From: Candidatus Dojkabacteria bacterium
GTDB lineage: Bacteria; Patescibacteriota; Dojkabacteria; SC72
Assembly (NCBI GenBank): GCA_035271645.1
Contig: DATERJ010000018.1
Coordinates: 17,399-81,398 of the forward strand
Direction: 5' to 3'
DNA length: 64,000 nucleotides
Shown: piece after piece, positions 38,460 through 48,048 of the stretch
How positions within the stretch are numbered: position 1 is the first letter of the stretch
Layout: each line of letters opens with the position of its first letter
Notes under the pieces: model-generated
Told to the model about the DNA's origin: nothing
Databases searched by the model: none
What the model saw: the letters and a program-made list of their open reading frames with translations, nothing else
Translations under genes and position numbers: made by a program

Positions 38460-39491
38460 CTAAAACCCTAACTTAGCCTTCTCTAAAATATCTAACATCC
38501 TCTCCTGTACCTTCTCTGGCATACCCTCTATTGATTTGTTTACAAAACCCTTAACCACTATCTCCTCAGCATCATCATGACTAAAACCTTTTGTTTGAAG
38601 ATACTCTATCTCCTCACTAGAAACCTTACCTAAAAAAGCCTCATGTGTTAATTGAGTATTACTGTTCTTAGAAAAAAGTTGGGGTATAGCGGTAACCTTA
38701 GCTCCATCTGTTAGTAGTAGAGCATTACAATCAATATGTCCCTTTGAGTTATCACCCACACCTTCTAGTATTGTGTTGGTAACAAAATCACCACCACCAT
38801 TAACAGCGGATGAATGAATCTCCCCTACACTATCCTTACCCAAAAGCTTAATATTACCACCAAGATCAATATTTGATTTAGGATGGATATATGAAAGGGA
38901 ATTTAGAATGGTCTGACCACCATCATCTACCTCAACAGTAGGATTAGAAACAATCTCCTTAACCTTCTCCCAAACAATATAGTTGGATATATATCTACCA
39001 CCCTTAGCAACATGAACCTTAACATTTGGATATACCTTAGAAGTACTACCCCATGAATGAATCATATTAAATATCAATGTAGCATTCTCACCAACAAAAA
39101 TATCTGTCACAGACCTATGTATATTACCTTTAACATGCTTACCTGAAAGACAACCAGTAAAAAGCTCGAGATGACCACCCTCTTCTACTACAATGACATT
39201 CTGTACCCTTTGTTCTAAACCTTCCTCTGATGTAAGAAAACATGTCTGAGCATTACCAAAAGAATTCTTAGAACACTTAATGAAATATCCTGTATATTTC
39301 TTCCAATCATTCTTCTGAAGTACTAACTTCTTCTCCTTAATATACTTACCAACCAAAGGATTAGATATACTCAAAACCTCTAAAGTTTCAGTATCACTCT
39401 CAAGCAGCAAAGGCTCATTATCATTAAGAACAATATATGGATCAAAACCGATGTTCATATAGTTGTTGAGAAAGTCTTCCAAGTTCATCAT
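38460..39491 (-). CDS. SufB/SufD-family Fe-S cluster assembly protein.
   Basis: Beta-helix repeat region with GG..HID/HIDC... and the C-terminal SufBD signature; it overlaps sufC by 4 nt in operon arrangement. Confidence 0.7.
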   Translation of the reverse strand: MMNLEDFLNNYMNIGFDPYIVLNDNEPLLLESDTETLEVLSISNPLVGKYIKEKKLVLQKNDWKKYTGYFIKCSKNSFGNAQTCFLTSEEGLEQRVQNVIVVEEGGHLELFTGCLSGKHVKGNIHRSVTDIFVGENATLIFNMIHSWGSTSKVYPNVKVHVAKGGRYISNYIVWEKVKEIVSNPTVEVDDGGQTILNSLSYIHPKSNIDLGGNIKLLGKDSVGEIHSSAVNGGGDFVTNTILEGVGDNSKGHIDCNALLLTDGAKVTAIPQLFSKNSNTQLTHEAFLGKVSSEEIEYLQTKGFSHDDAEEIVVKGFVNKSIEGMPEKVQERMLDILEKAKLGF

Positions 39492-40261
39492 TTCTTTACC
39501 TCCTTACAATTTACACATTTACTGTATCCCTTCTCCTTAATACATTCCAATATCTCCATCGGTTTACCAACACAAGCAATCTTACCTCTGTACATTACAG
39601 CACCCTTAACAGCATCAATATATTTCAGAATATCACCAGAATGGGTAACAATGATTCCCATTGCTTTCTTCTTCTTAAGAAGATTCCCCATATATTCCCC
39701 AACCTTCTTCAAGTTATCAAGATCAATACCTGAATCAGGCTCATCAAAAAGAAACACCTTAGTATTCTCAAGCATAGCTAAAGAGAGAAGCTCACTCCTC
39801 TTTACCTCACCACCAGAAAGACCAACATTAATATCCCTCTTAAGAAACTTCCTTGCATCTAAACTATCAATATCTTTAGAATACTCCTTCCAAACTAAAT
39901 CATCCCCTACACTCTCCTTTGCAACATCCTCAAACTTAACACCCTTCAAGCTAGGAGGATTCTGATACATATATGCAAGACCACTCTTAACTCTCTCATC
40001 TATCTTTAAACCATTAATCTTCTTACCTTCAAGAAGAATATCTCCACTTACCTCATACTTAGAAAAACCCATACATGCTCTAAAAAGTGTTGACTTACCA
40101 CAACCATTAGGACCAAACAAAACAAAAAACTTACCAACAGGAACTGTAAAGTCCTGAGTCAGACCTTTAATTATCTCTTGCCCATCTACTGTTACTGAAA
40201 GATTCTTTACTTTAAACATACCTCCCATTATACCATGCAAAAAGAGAAATACACTAAACAC
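39488..40261 (-). CDS. sufC: Fe-S cluster assembly ATPase SufC.
   Basis: Walker A FGPNGCGKSTL, ABC signature LSGGEVKRSELL, Walker B LFDEPDSGIDL. Confidence 0.85.
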   Translation of the reverse strand: MFSVFLFLHGIMGGMFKVKNLSVTVDGQEIIKGLTQDFTVPVGKFFVLFGPNGCGKSTLFRACMGFSKYEVSGDILLEGKKINGLKIDERVKSGLAYMYQNPPSLKGVKFEDVAKESVGDDLVWKEYSKDIDSLDARKFLKRDINVGLSGGEVKRSELLSLAMLENTKVFLFDEPDSGIDLDNLKKVGEYMGNLLKKKKAMGIIVTHSGDILKYIDAVKGAVMYRGKIACVGKPMEILECIKEKGYSKCVNCKEVKK

Positions 40262-40320
40262 TTCCCTTTACAGAAACCCAAAAGAATGTTACCATTACAA
40301 AGATTTCAACACATACCCAT

Positions 40321-42171
40321 ATGGAGAAAAAAAAGAACGAAGAAAAGAAAACACCCAGTCTCGTTAAGCTGTTAATATTCATCTATGAGAAATATTACAA
40401 AAAGAATGAATACACATGGCAGATTTGGGCATATACCATATTAAGATTCATATCAAGAGTATATCCACTCATCTACAGCTACATACTAGCTAAGATAATT
40501 GATGGAATAACGGTAAACTACAACCAAGGTGTAGGCTTTGAATCTCTAGTACCGATCATAGTGACAGGAGTTATTGTAACACTACTTGGAATCTTAGCTA
40601 ACAACTTCTACAGATACGTTGACAGTCTAAGGGCCATCTGGAGAACACACCTAGAAGACAAAGTATATCTCCAAAAATACCTAGAGATTGAACCAAAAGC
40701 ATATGAAAATCCAGAGTTTGTTAGTATGAAGAACACACTTAATTGGAATACATGGGATATCACAGGTTCTCTCTACGACTCAGTAAGTGTACTCTCCCTT
40801 ACCCCTGTTATCATCATCTCATTCATCTCCATCTTCTCACTAGTGCCAGGATTTGCATTTCTTGGAATCCTTGCAAGTATACCATCAGCTTTGATTATAA
40901 AACACTTTGGTAAACGAGTATGGAATATTTGGGGGGACAAAGGAGAAGAAAAGATTAAATACTCCAGTTACCGAAACACCTTCTGGAGCACACAGTTTGA
41001 AAAGATGCAAGAAGCTTTTGTATTTAAATATGGAAAATATCTCATCCAGAAAGCTCACGATTTGAACAGAAGCTTTAGTCAGAAGCTTCAGAAAAATGTT
41101 GAAAAAAGGTATATTTGGAGTACTATTGCAGAGCTCTTCTCATGGGCTTTAACTATTTTTGTATTTATATATTCAGTCAAACTCGTATTTGATGGACAAC
41201 TTACAATCGGTATGCTCACATTTGTTCTTTCTGCATATCAAAAATTTAGTTCTGATATTGGAGAAGTACTCTACACAATCTCTTCGATAACAGGAAACAG
41301 AAAAGTAATACAAACCTTCTACGATTTACAAAACTGGAAAAACACACAAGTTAGTGGAGATGTTGTTCTAAAGAATGTAGACAAAGGTGTCTCAATTGAA
41401 TTAAAAAATGTTTGGTTTAAGTATGAAAGAAGCAAAAAGTGGGTATTGAAGAATATCAACTTTTCGATAAAAGCAGATTAGGACATTGCTGTAGTTGGAA
41501 AGAATGGTGCAGGAAAGAGTACGTTGATTAAGTTGCTACTTAGAATATATGACCCACAGAAAGGAAAAATTTTAATTAACGGAGTTAATATCAAAAAGCT
41601 AAACTTAGATGAATACTACAAACTCGTAGGTATCCTCTCCCAAACATTTAACAGATTTAACATCTCTGCATCAGATAATATTTTCATTGGTGATGTTACG
41701 AATACCAACAAAGAAGATATCGTTACAGCTGCTAAGAAGTCAGATATACATTCAACAATTCAGAAACTACCTAAAAAATACAACACCTTTATCAGCAGGG
41801 AAGTAAAAGATGGAACAGAGTTCTCTGGTGGAGAGTGGCAGAAGTTAGCAATGGCCAGAGCATTCTTTAGAGATGCCAAGTTCCTAATCTTAGATGAACC
41901 TACTAGTGCAGTAGACAGTATCTCCGAAGAGAAGATATTTGAAAACTTTAGAGAGAACTCTAAGCACAAGACAACACTAATAGTATCACACAGATTTGCT
42001 ACTGTAAGAAATGCAAACAGAATCCTAGTTATTGACAAAGGAAGGATTGCTGAAGATGGCCCACACAAGGAGTTAATGAAGCAGAAGGGATTGTATAGTG
42101 AGATGTATTCTAAACAAGTTGGGAGAAATGATTATAGAGATAACAGTAAAAACAAAACAGAAGATATCTAA
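40321..42171 (+). pseudogene. ABC exporter (TMD-NBD fused) split by a single in-frame TAG at ~41479-41481. Either a nonsense pseudogene or a read-through candidate.
   Basis: ORFs 40321..41481 and 41524..42171 are in the same frame. The sequence reads ...NINFSIKAD-TAG-DIAVVGKNGAGKSTLIKLL, so the stop sits immediately before Walker A. Downstream are the LSGGQ-like FSGGEWQKLAMARAF and Walker B FLILDEPTSAVD. Confidence 0.6.
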
Positions 42172-42346
42172 GGTTGAGAAGATAGATGAAAGAACCTACA
42201 AGGTCTTTGTTAAATCTCCCCCTACTCAAAACAAAGCAAATATTGAGGTTGTAAAACTCCTCTCTGATTACTTTAATGTTGCCAAATCCGATATAAAGAT
42301 TAAGTTGGGTAAAACAAGCTCTAAGAAAGTTGTAGAGATAACATAG
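42098..42346 (+). CDS. DUF167 (YggU/UPF0235) family protein. The true start is probably ~42128 (MIIEITV...).
   Basis: ...EITVKTKQKISKVEKIDERTYKVFVKSPPTQNKANIEVVKLLSDYFNV matches DUF167. The 5' end of the ORF overlaps the ABC gene. Confidence 0.5.
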   Translation: MRCILNKLGEMIIEITVKTKQKISKVEKIDERTYKVFVKSPPTQNKANIEVVKLLSDYFNVAKSDIKIKLGKTSSKKVVEIT

Positions 42347-42491
42347 AATACTGTGGTTACCTCATGAGTTTTCCTTTTGTCAGTAATGACTATTAGCATT
42401 TTGTTACGATTAGTTAACTTACTACAAGTTTTTGTTGCAAACAGATAAAGCCTAAAGTATAATGGTTGGGTCGGTTTAACAAACAAAGAAA

Positions 42492-43082
42492 ATGCCAGAA
42501 ACAGAAACATCTAACTACTCGGAGAAGATAGAACAACAATTTGATCCAGAGTTAATAAAAGAGAATATTGAAATTCTTAATACCATAAATGAGTCTTTTT
42601 CTACAAAACTATCTCCTTTCTACCTAGATTCAGAACATCAAATTGTAGCATATGCACATAGAATGCGACCTAAGGATTACGATAGAATATACACAATTCC
42701 AACAGATGCAGACTATATTGTTTTTTCCCCATATGGTGCGACTATCTTTAGGCTCTTTAACACAACAGACCCTGAAGTTCCTAATAGTCGAAGAAACTAT
42801 GACCCTTCATATTTAACAACAACTGGTCTAGCTACAATTACCAGACACCTCATAGAGAATTCTCATAATCGGGCAGTTATCACACCAGGGATTACACAAG
42901 ATGATGAAAGCAAGGAAGATATTTTTCTAGTTCAGGGAGTCAACTTACCTCACCTTCTACCAATATACGAGAAGCGTGATCCATTCTTGAGATATATTGA
43001 TGCAGAGGATAGGAGACTACAGAAGAAAAAAGAAAAAAAACAACTACAACTCCAGAAGGAACTTAAGAAAGCCAGAAGATAA
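42492..43082 (+). CDS. Hypothetical protein with a Lys-rich C-terminus.
   Basis: ORF only. Confidence 0.3.
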   Translation: MPETETSNYSEKIEQQFDPELIKENIEILNTINESFSTKLSPFYLDSEHQIVAYAHRMRPKDYDRIYTIPTDADYIVFSPYGATIFRLFNTTDPEVPNSRRNYDPSYLTTTGLATITRHLIENSHNRAVITPGITQDDESKEDIFLVQGVNLPHLLPIYEKRDPFLRYIDAEDRRLQKKKEKKQLQLQKELKKARR

Positions 43083-43244
43083 TCAATATTTCCAAAGTTA
43101 ACTCGTTATTTCACATCAGTAAGATGATGTAGTACAATGAGAATGTATATAAAATAAGTGTAAAAATATATGGATGAGTATTTTATAGATGACTATGGTT
43201 GTTGTCCCTGTGACTACTGCTTAGCACACAACGAAGCAATACAA

Positions 43245-43922
43245 ATGCCAAGAATTGGAGATCCAGCCCCAGCATTTAAGGCAGTTACTACACAAGGAGA
43301 GATTGATTTTCCTAAACAGTATGAAGGTAGTTGGGTGATTCTTTTTAGCCACCCTGCAGACTTTACACCTGTATGTACTTCTGAATTTATGACATTTGCT
43401 ACAAGGGAGAAAGAATTCAATGAATTAAACTGTAAGTTAGTTGGCCTTTCTGTAGATGGTCTTTACAGTCATATTGCATGGTTAAGAACAATCAAGGAGA
43501 AAATGGAATGGAATGGTATGAAGGATGTAGAGGTAACATTTCCATTGATTGAGGATATTACAATGGAAGTATCTAGAAAATACGGAATGATTCAACCAGG
43601 AGAAAGTAGTACCAAGGCAGTAAGAGCAGTATTCTTCATTGATCCAAAGGGCATCATTAGAACAATAATATACTATCCACAAAGTACAGGTAGAAACTTT
43701 GATGAGCTACTAAGAGTTCTTAAATCTCTACAAACCGCAGATGAGTTTGGTGTTGCTACACCAGCTGATTGGAATCCAGGAGATGATGTAATTGTACCAA
43801 CTGCTGGATCATGTGGTGTTGCAAAGGACAGAATGCAGGATGGTGATATGGATTGTAAAGACTGGTTCTTCTGTACAAAGAAGTTAAGTAAGGAAGAGAT
43901 TGAGGAGAAGATAAAGAAGTAG
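43245..43922 (+). CDS. 1-Cys-type peroxiredoxin (Prx6/archaeal-like) with a C-terminal Cys-containing extension.
   Basis: Canonical start MPRIGDPAPAFKA and peroxidatic motif DFTPVCTSEF. The ORF track begins at 43170, but that N-terminal extension (YGCCPCDYC) is probably untranslated. C-terminus GSCGVAKDRMQDGDMDCKDWFFC. Confidence 0.8.
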   Translation: MPRIGDPAPAFKAVTTQGEIDFPKQYEGSWVILFSHPADFTPVCTSEFMTFATREKEFNELNCKLVGLSVDGLYSHIAWLRTIKEKMEWNGMKDVEVTFPLIEDITMEVSRKYGMIQPGESSTKAVRAVFFIDPKGIIRTIIYYPQSTGRNFDELLRVLKSLQTADEFGVATPADWNPGDDVIVPTAGSCGVAKDRMQDGDMDCKDWFFCTKKLSKEEIEEKIKK

Positions 43923-43943
43923 ATTCTGTAATTTCTAACAAAA

Positions 43944-44393
43944 TTGAATATGAAAGACAAAAAGGAGAAATTAAATCTAAAGACTTTCTTAATTATTTTC
44001 TGTTTCTCCCTGTTATATGTATTTCTCCTTTCCTCTTTCCCTATCAAAAACAAAGTTTGTTGTATGTTTGGTGTTTCTAGATACCATGGGCCACTATTTG
44101 GAGTATCTAACTCAGTAGAAACCTATGAAGAAGCACAATATGTGTATAAATACTCCACACCTAAATTGATAAGTCTTGGTTATGATTTCGCTGTCAACTG
44201 GGTTCTTGTGGTTATAGATGTTTTTCTAGCCCTAGCTCTTTCTTCCCTCATACAGAAGATTATCACAAACAAGATTTACAAAAAGAAAAACTTCTGGATA
44301 TATGCAGTTATAGTGGGAATTACAATAACGATAGTGCTTCACCTCATCTTTAGATCTATACTACTAAACTCTGGAAGTTACATTGCAGGCTAA
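43944..44393 (+). CDS. Small membrane protein.
   Basis: Three hydrophobic segments. Confidence 0.35.
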   Translation: MNMKDKKEKLNLKTFLIIFCFSLLYVFLLSSFPIKNKVCCMFGVSRYHGPLFGVSNSVETYEEAQYVYKYSTPKLISLGYDFAVNWVLVVIDVFLALALSSLIQKIITNKIYKKKNFWIYAVIVGITITIVLHLIFRSILLNSGSYIAG

Positions 44394-44409
44394 TAGCTTT
44401 TTACACTCC

Positions 44410-45183
44410 TTAATATTTCCTTTTTACAACAAAAACCTCAGGTAGTAATCCTCCCTCATTTACAGTAGCTACACTCTCTACACCCCAAACATCTTTTTTA
44501 AATACATCTCTTAAAAGTTGTTTCTCCTGTGTAAGCAACACTAACATCCCCTGCTTTCTAAGCAGTTTCTGAGCAATCTTTTCTAAAGCAGAATACAGAT
44601 TTATATTTTCCACATGAGTACCTGTTCTAATACCAAATGGTAAATTACTAACAATCTTATCTACATTCCTCTTTGCCAATTTAATATTCTCAATATCACT
44701 TCTAAAAAGCTTATACCTACTTTTCTCTATACCCCCAGCTTGGAAATTTAATTCGCTCGTAGATATCGCCCTACTACTCACATCAGAACAGATTACTCGT
44801 TTAATATTAAAATATTTAAGAGCAGTAATAGGAATAACTGAAGAACCACAAAAAGGATCATACAAAATATCTTGTTCTCTTAATTCAGCTATCATACACA
44901 TGATATATGCAAGAGAAGGATTAATACCTGCTGGCATATATCCCTTTCTCCATTCTCTTTTTGAAAGATTGAGAACTCTACCAGAACTACTTTCTATATG
45001 AGTCGGAGAGTAAAGGTCTCTAAATATTTCAATATCCTCTTGATTGCTATTAAAAATTATCTCCTTTTTACCCTCTTTGAGTATTATTACATCAGGATAT
45101 TTTTCTAAAAGCTCTTTTAATACAAAAGGCCTTGTCCCTTCCAAACAAGTTAGAGTGTAAGTTTGCAGATTGTTTTTCATCAA
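44410..45183 (-). CDS. Putative RNA (m2G/m6A-type) methyltransferase, Trm11/RlmL (UPF0020)-like.
   Basis: Motif I LYDPFCGSSVIP and motif IV SNLPFG (N/D-P-P-F/Y). Confidence 0.55.
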   Translation of the reverse strand: MMKNNLQTYTLTCLEGTRPFVLKELLEKYPDVIILKEGKKEIIFNSNQEDIEIFRDLYSPTHIESSSGRVLNLSKREWRKGYMPAGINPSLAYIMCMIAELREQDILYDPFCGSSVIPITALKYFNIKRVICSDVSSRAISTSELNFQAGGIEKSRYKLFRSDIENIKLAKRNVDKIVSNLPFGIRTGTHVENINLYSALEKIAQKLLRKQGMLVLLTQEKQLLRDVFKKDVWGVESVATVNEGGLLPEVFVVKRKY

Positions 45184-46022
45184 TATTTTACATTTCTTAA
45201 AATATTTTCTAATTCCCTTTTATCAAAAATTGCATCTAAATCTTTAGCAACCTCCGAATGATTAGGAACATGAATGCTAACTCCAGTATAGAAAAGTATT
45301 TGGTCTTTAGTTAATTTCGTATGAGGACCACTACCCCTATTTACCACATGTCTATACACATAGAAAGGGTCTACAACAGAAATATTACCTCTCCTCTCTA
45401 AAGAATGAAAACCTAATCTTTTTGCTTCATTGTAAACAATATCTCCTCTCAGGGTGTTAGGTTGAGGAACACCTGCAACTCCCTTGTACCTTTCAAAAAA
45501 GACATCAGCAGTATTACTTCCCCTTCTCCTCTCTTCTATCAAATCTCTAAAAAAGATTATCTTAGATGGACCTCCTGTATATATCAATGTCCTTGTTGGC
45601 ATAGACTCAAAAGCCATTGGATTAGTAATTGCTTCTTTGTACATATTCCAATATGTATCTTCTGATATCTTTCTACTTTCAGAAATATTCCCAATCACAT
45701 CATACCCATTTCTTGATAGGAACTCTTCAACTTGATTCACCATATGATACATCTCAGGTCTTAATACTAGGAAAGAAACATTCTCTTGTGCAATCTTCTC
45801 AGCAACAGCAAACTTCTCTTCATGTTCTAGTGAAGATTTTTCTAATTGAGATTTTAGATACTGTTTGTAGTGTTCTGGTTTTAAGAAATATTTCATAAAC
45901 TCATCACTAATACGTGCGGAATATTCAGGATCTATCTCTGTCCTTGGGATATCAACTCCTAAATCTTCTATAACCTCTTCATTCCTTTCTTGTAGAATCT
46001 CGTGATTCTCTTGTAGTTCCAT
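45180..46022 (-). CDS. Hypothetical; divergent nucleoside-diphosphate-kinase-like region.
   Basis: GVAGVPQPNTLRGDIV resembles NDK 'A.PGTIRGDF', but the HGSD motif is absent. Confidence 0.25.
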   Translation of the reverse strand: MELQENHEILQERNEEVIEDLGVDIPRTEIDPEYSARISDEFMKYFLKPEHYKQYLKSQLEKSSLEHEEKFAVAEKIAQENVSFLVLRPEMYHMVNQVEEFLSRNGYDVIGNISESRKISEDTYWNMYKEAITNPMAFESMPTRTLIYTGGPSKIIFFRDLIEERRRGSNTADVFFERYKGVAGVPQPNTLRGDIVYNEAKRLGFHSLERRGNISVVDPFYVYRHVVNRGSGPHTKLTKDQILFYTGVSIHVPNHSEVAKDLDAIFDKRELENILRNVKY

Positions 46023-46054
46023 AATTTCTTCAGTTATTATATAATAAACCTATA

Positions 46055-46690
46055 ATGAAATCTATTTCACAGTACAATAAAGACTGGGAAGAAAAGAATA
46101 TTACAATACCCCTTATTATTCTTATAGGTGGATATGCAGGTACTGGGAAATCAACACTTGCTCAAAACATTATAAGTCAAATACCTCATCTTAACAGCTT
46201 TCCCACAGGTATTATACGAGCAACTCTAAGAGATTACATATCACAAGAGGACAACCCATTTCTTTATAGCCATACATATGATTTGCATCAAATAGAAGGA
46301 GATGTTAGAGAGCACTACCTTCAACAATGCAAGCCTATTGTTGATGCTATAAACCAAGCAATCGATTTCGCAGAGAGTGAGAAACAGATGATTCTTTTTG
46401 ATGGGAATCATATCTTACCTGGTCAGATGAACCCAACAAATAAACCTAATGTAATCGAGATATATCTTAAAGTATCCAACCCTAACACTCATATGAAGAT
46501 GCTCTCAGGACCTACACATAACAGGGATATATCGGAGGAACAATTTCAAACAGCAAGAATACTGCATGATTATATAGTTCAAAGAGCCCAAGAGTTTAAG
46601 AAACCTGTTTTTGAATATGATTCTCCTAGAGATAAGATTTTTAGGATTATAGAAGATAAATTAACATCATTATATCAATCTACTAAGTAG
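46055..46690 (+). CDS. P-loop kinase-like protein.
   Basis: Walker A ILIGGYAGTGKSTLAQNI. Confidence 0.45.
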   Translation: MKSISQYNKDWEEKNITIPLIILIGGYAGTGKSTLAQNIISQIPHLNSFPTGIIRATLRDYISQEDNPFLYSHTYDLHQIEGDVREHYLQQCKPIVDAINQAIDFAESEKQMILFDGNHILPGQMNPTNKPNVIEIYLKVSNPNTHMKMLSGPTHNRDISEEQFQTARILHDYIVQRAQEFKKPVFEYDSPRDKIFRIIEDKLTSLYQSTK

Positions 46691-47197
46691 CTCAAGAAGA
46701 TAATCATAGTTTTCATACCTATGATTATTGTTCTCCTCCCCTATACATTCATACTTGTTTACTACAACATTATCACCACTAATATTCATAACTTCTGTAT
46801 AAGAACCAGCTGGATCAAATTCTTTTTGATACACATTAACTGGATATGAAGTATATTTCTCTAAATCAGTAAAATCATAATTAAGTTTCTTACCCAAGTT
46901 GTAAGCCATACCTACAATTAATACACCTTTTGGTTTCTTTACTAAATCTTTTAGAGAATTAAAGAAGATAATACTACCTATTGATTTAGCAAAAAGAATA
47001 TATTCTTCATCAGAACTATTTACAATGTCTAAGAATTTCTTGGTTTCTAATTCTATATCTGCTTTTTCTTCCCCTTTTTCCCAATGATCATAGTAAGATA
47101 TTTTTGTATTAGTAAACTTCTCTTGGAATTTCTTCTCTACATTCTCTATCCATTCCTTGTTAGATATATTTTGTCCTGAGAGTAATATTATTCTCAT
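46670..47197 (-). CDS. Hypothetical; possible alpha/beta serine-hydrolase fold.
   Basis: MRIILLSG...FAKSIGS nucleophile-elbow-like motif. Weak support. Confidence 0.25.
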   Translation of the reverse strand: MRIILLSGQNISNKEWIENVEKKFQEKFTNTKISYYDHWEKGEEKADIELETKKFLDIVNSSDEEYILFAKSIGSIIFFNSLKDLVKKPKGVLIVGMAYNLGKKLNYDFTDLEKYTSYPVNVYQKEFDPAGSYTEVMNISGDNVVVNKYECIGEENNNHRYENYDYLLELLSRLI

Positions 47198-47252
47198 AAT
47201 ACAGGCTATAAAAATTAATAAGATATCTCTACCAGTTTACTAGAATCCGAAC

Positions 47253-48017
47253 CTACCTATTTAAATCTAAGTATGGATTTAAACTAAACTTTTTAATTGT
47301 TGTTGTTTTTCCTTCCTTAACCTCAAAGATTATCATCTTACCTCCATGTTCCTTTTCATTAAGAATCATAGACCTTGGACTCATAAGAGGATAATCATAT
47401 TTCTTTAGTTCTTGTTCTGCACTTCCACAGTATGGTAATGTATCTACTTTCCCTTCTCCATCAGCATAGTAGGTACACTCTTTCAAGGCATAAACTTCAT
47501 AAACATTTTGTGATGCACCTTGAGTATCTGCACCATCACTTGTATAGACTGTGAAGTCAACTATGTATTTACCTACTGGTAATTTAACTTCATAACCATA
47601 AGAAGGATTCCACTTTAACTCGTTAGAATATTGCTTTTTGTCGTTACTATTTCTAATCCAATAACAATACTGTAATGAAATATCATTATAATTAGAGAAA
47701 CAGACCCTATGTGCAGGATTAAAAGATGCAGGAAAACCTGTCTTAAATCTTATCTTCCCTTCTTTCGTAGAACTCACCTTTGGTTTGGCTTCTGTTGGTT
47801 TATCTTCTGTTGGAGATACTACCTCTTGAATGGTACTTAATTTCTCATTCGCTTTATCTAATTCCTCTTGTAGTTCTGCTATCTCTATTTCTTTAGCAAC
47901 TATTCTAGCATCCATATCTTCTTTCATTGTATTCCACTTAGTATATCCAAAGTATCCACCTACTCCTACTATTGCAACAGAGAGAACTATTGCAATTATC
48001 TTAACTGTTTTATTCAT
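47253..48017 (-). CDS. N-terminally anchored secreted protein with a coiled-coil.
   Basis: TM IIAIVLSVAIVGVGGYFGY, then coiled-coil EIEIAELQEELDKANEKLSTIQE. Confidence 0.4.
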   Translation of the reverse strand: MNKTVKIIAIVLSVAIVGVGGYFGYTKWNTMKEDMDARIVAKEIEIAELQEELDKANEKLSTIQEVVSPTEDKPTEAKPKVSSTKEGKIRFKTGFPASFNPAHRVCFSNYNDISLQYCYWIRNSNDKKQYSNELKWNPSYGYEVKLPVGKYIVDFTVYTSDGADTQGASQNVYEVYALKECTYYADGEGKVDTLPYCGSAEQELKKYDYPLMSPRSMILNEKEHGGKMIIFEVKEGKTTTIKKFSLNPYLDLNR

Positions 48018-48048
48018 ATTATATTTTAAAAAGCTTAATTACTAAATA

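Noticed and set aside
43170-43244. Cys-rich N-terminal extension (YGCCPCDYC) of the peroxiredoxin ORF as a metal-binding domain.
   Set aside because: The canonical Prx N-terminus MPRIGDPAPAF begins at 43245 with its own ATG. The upstream stretch is more likely untranslated leader captured by longest-ORF calling.
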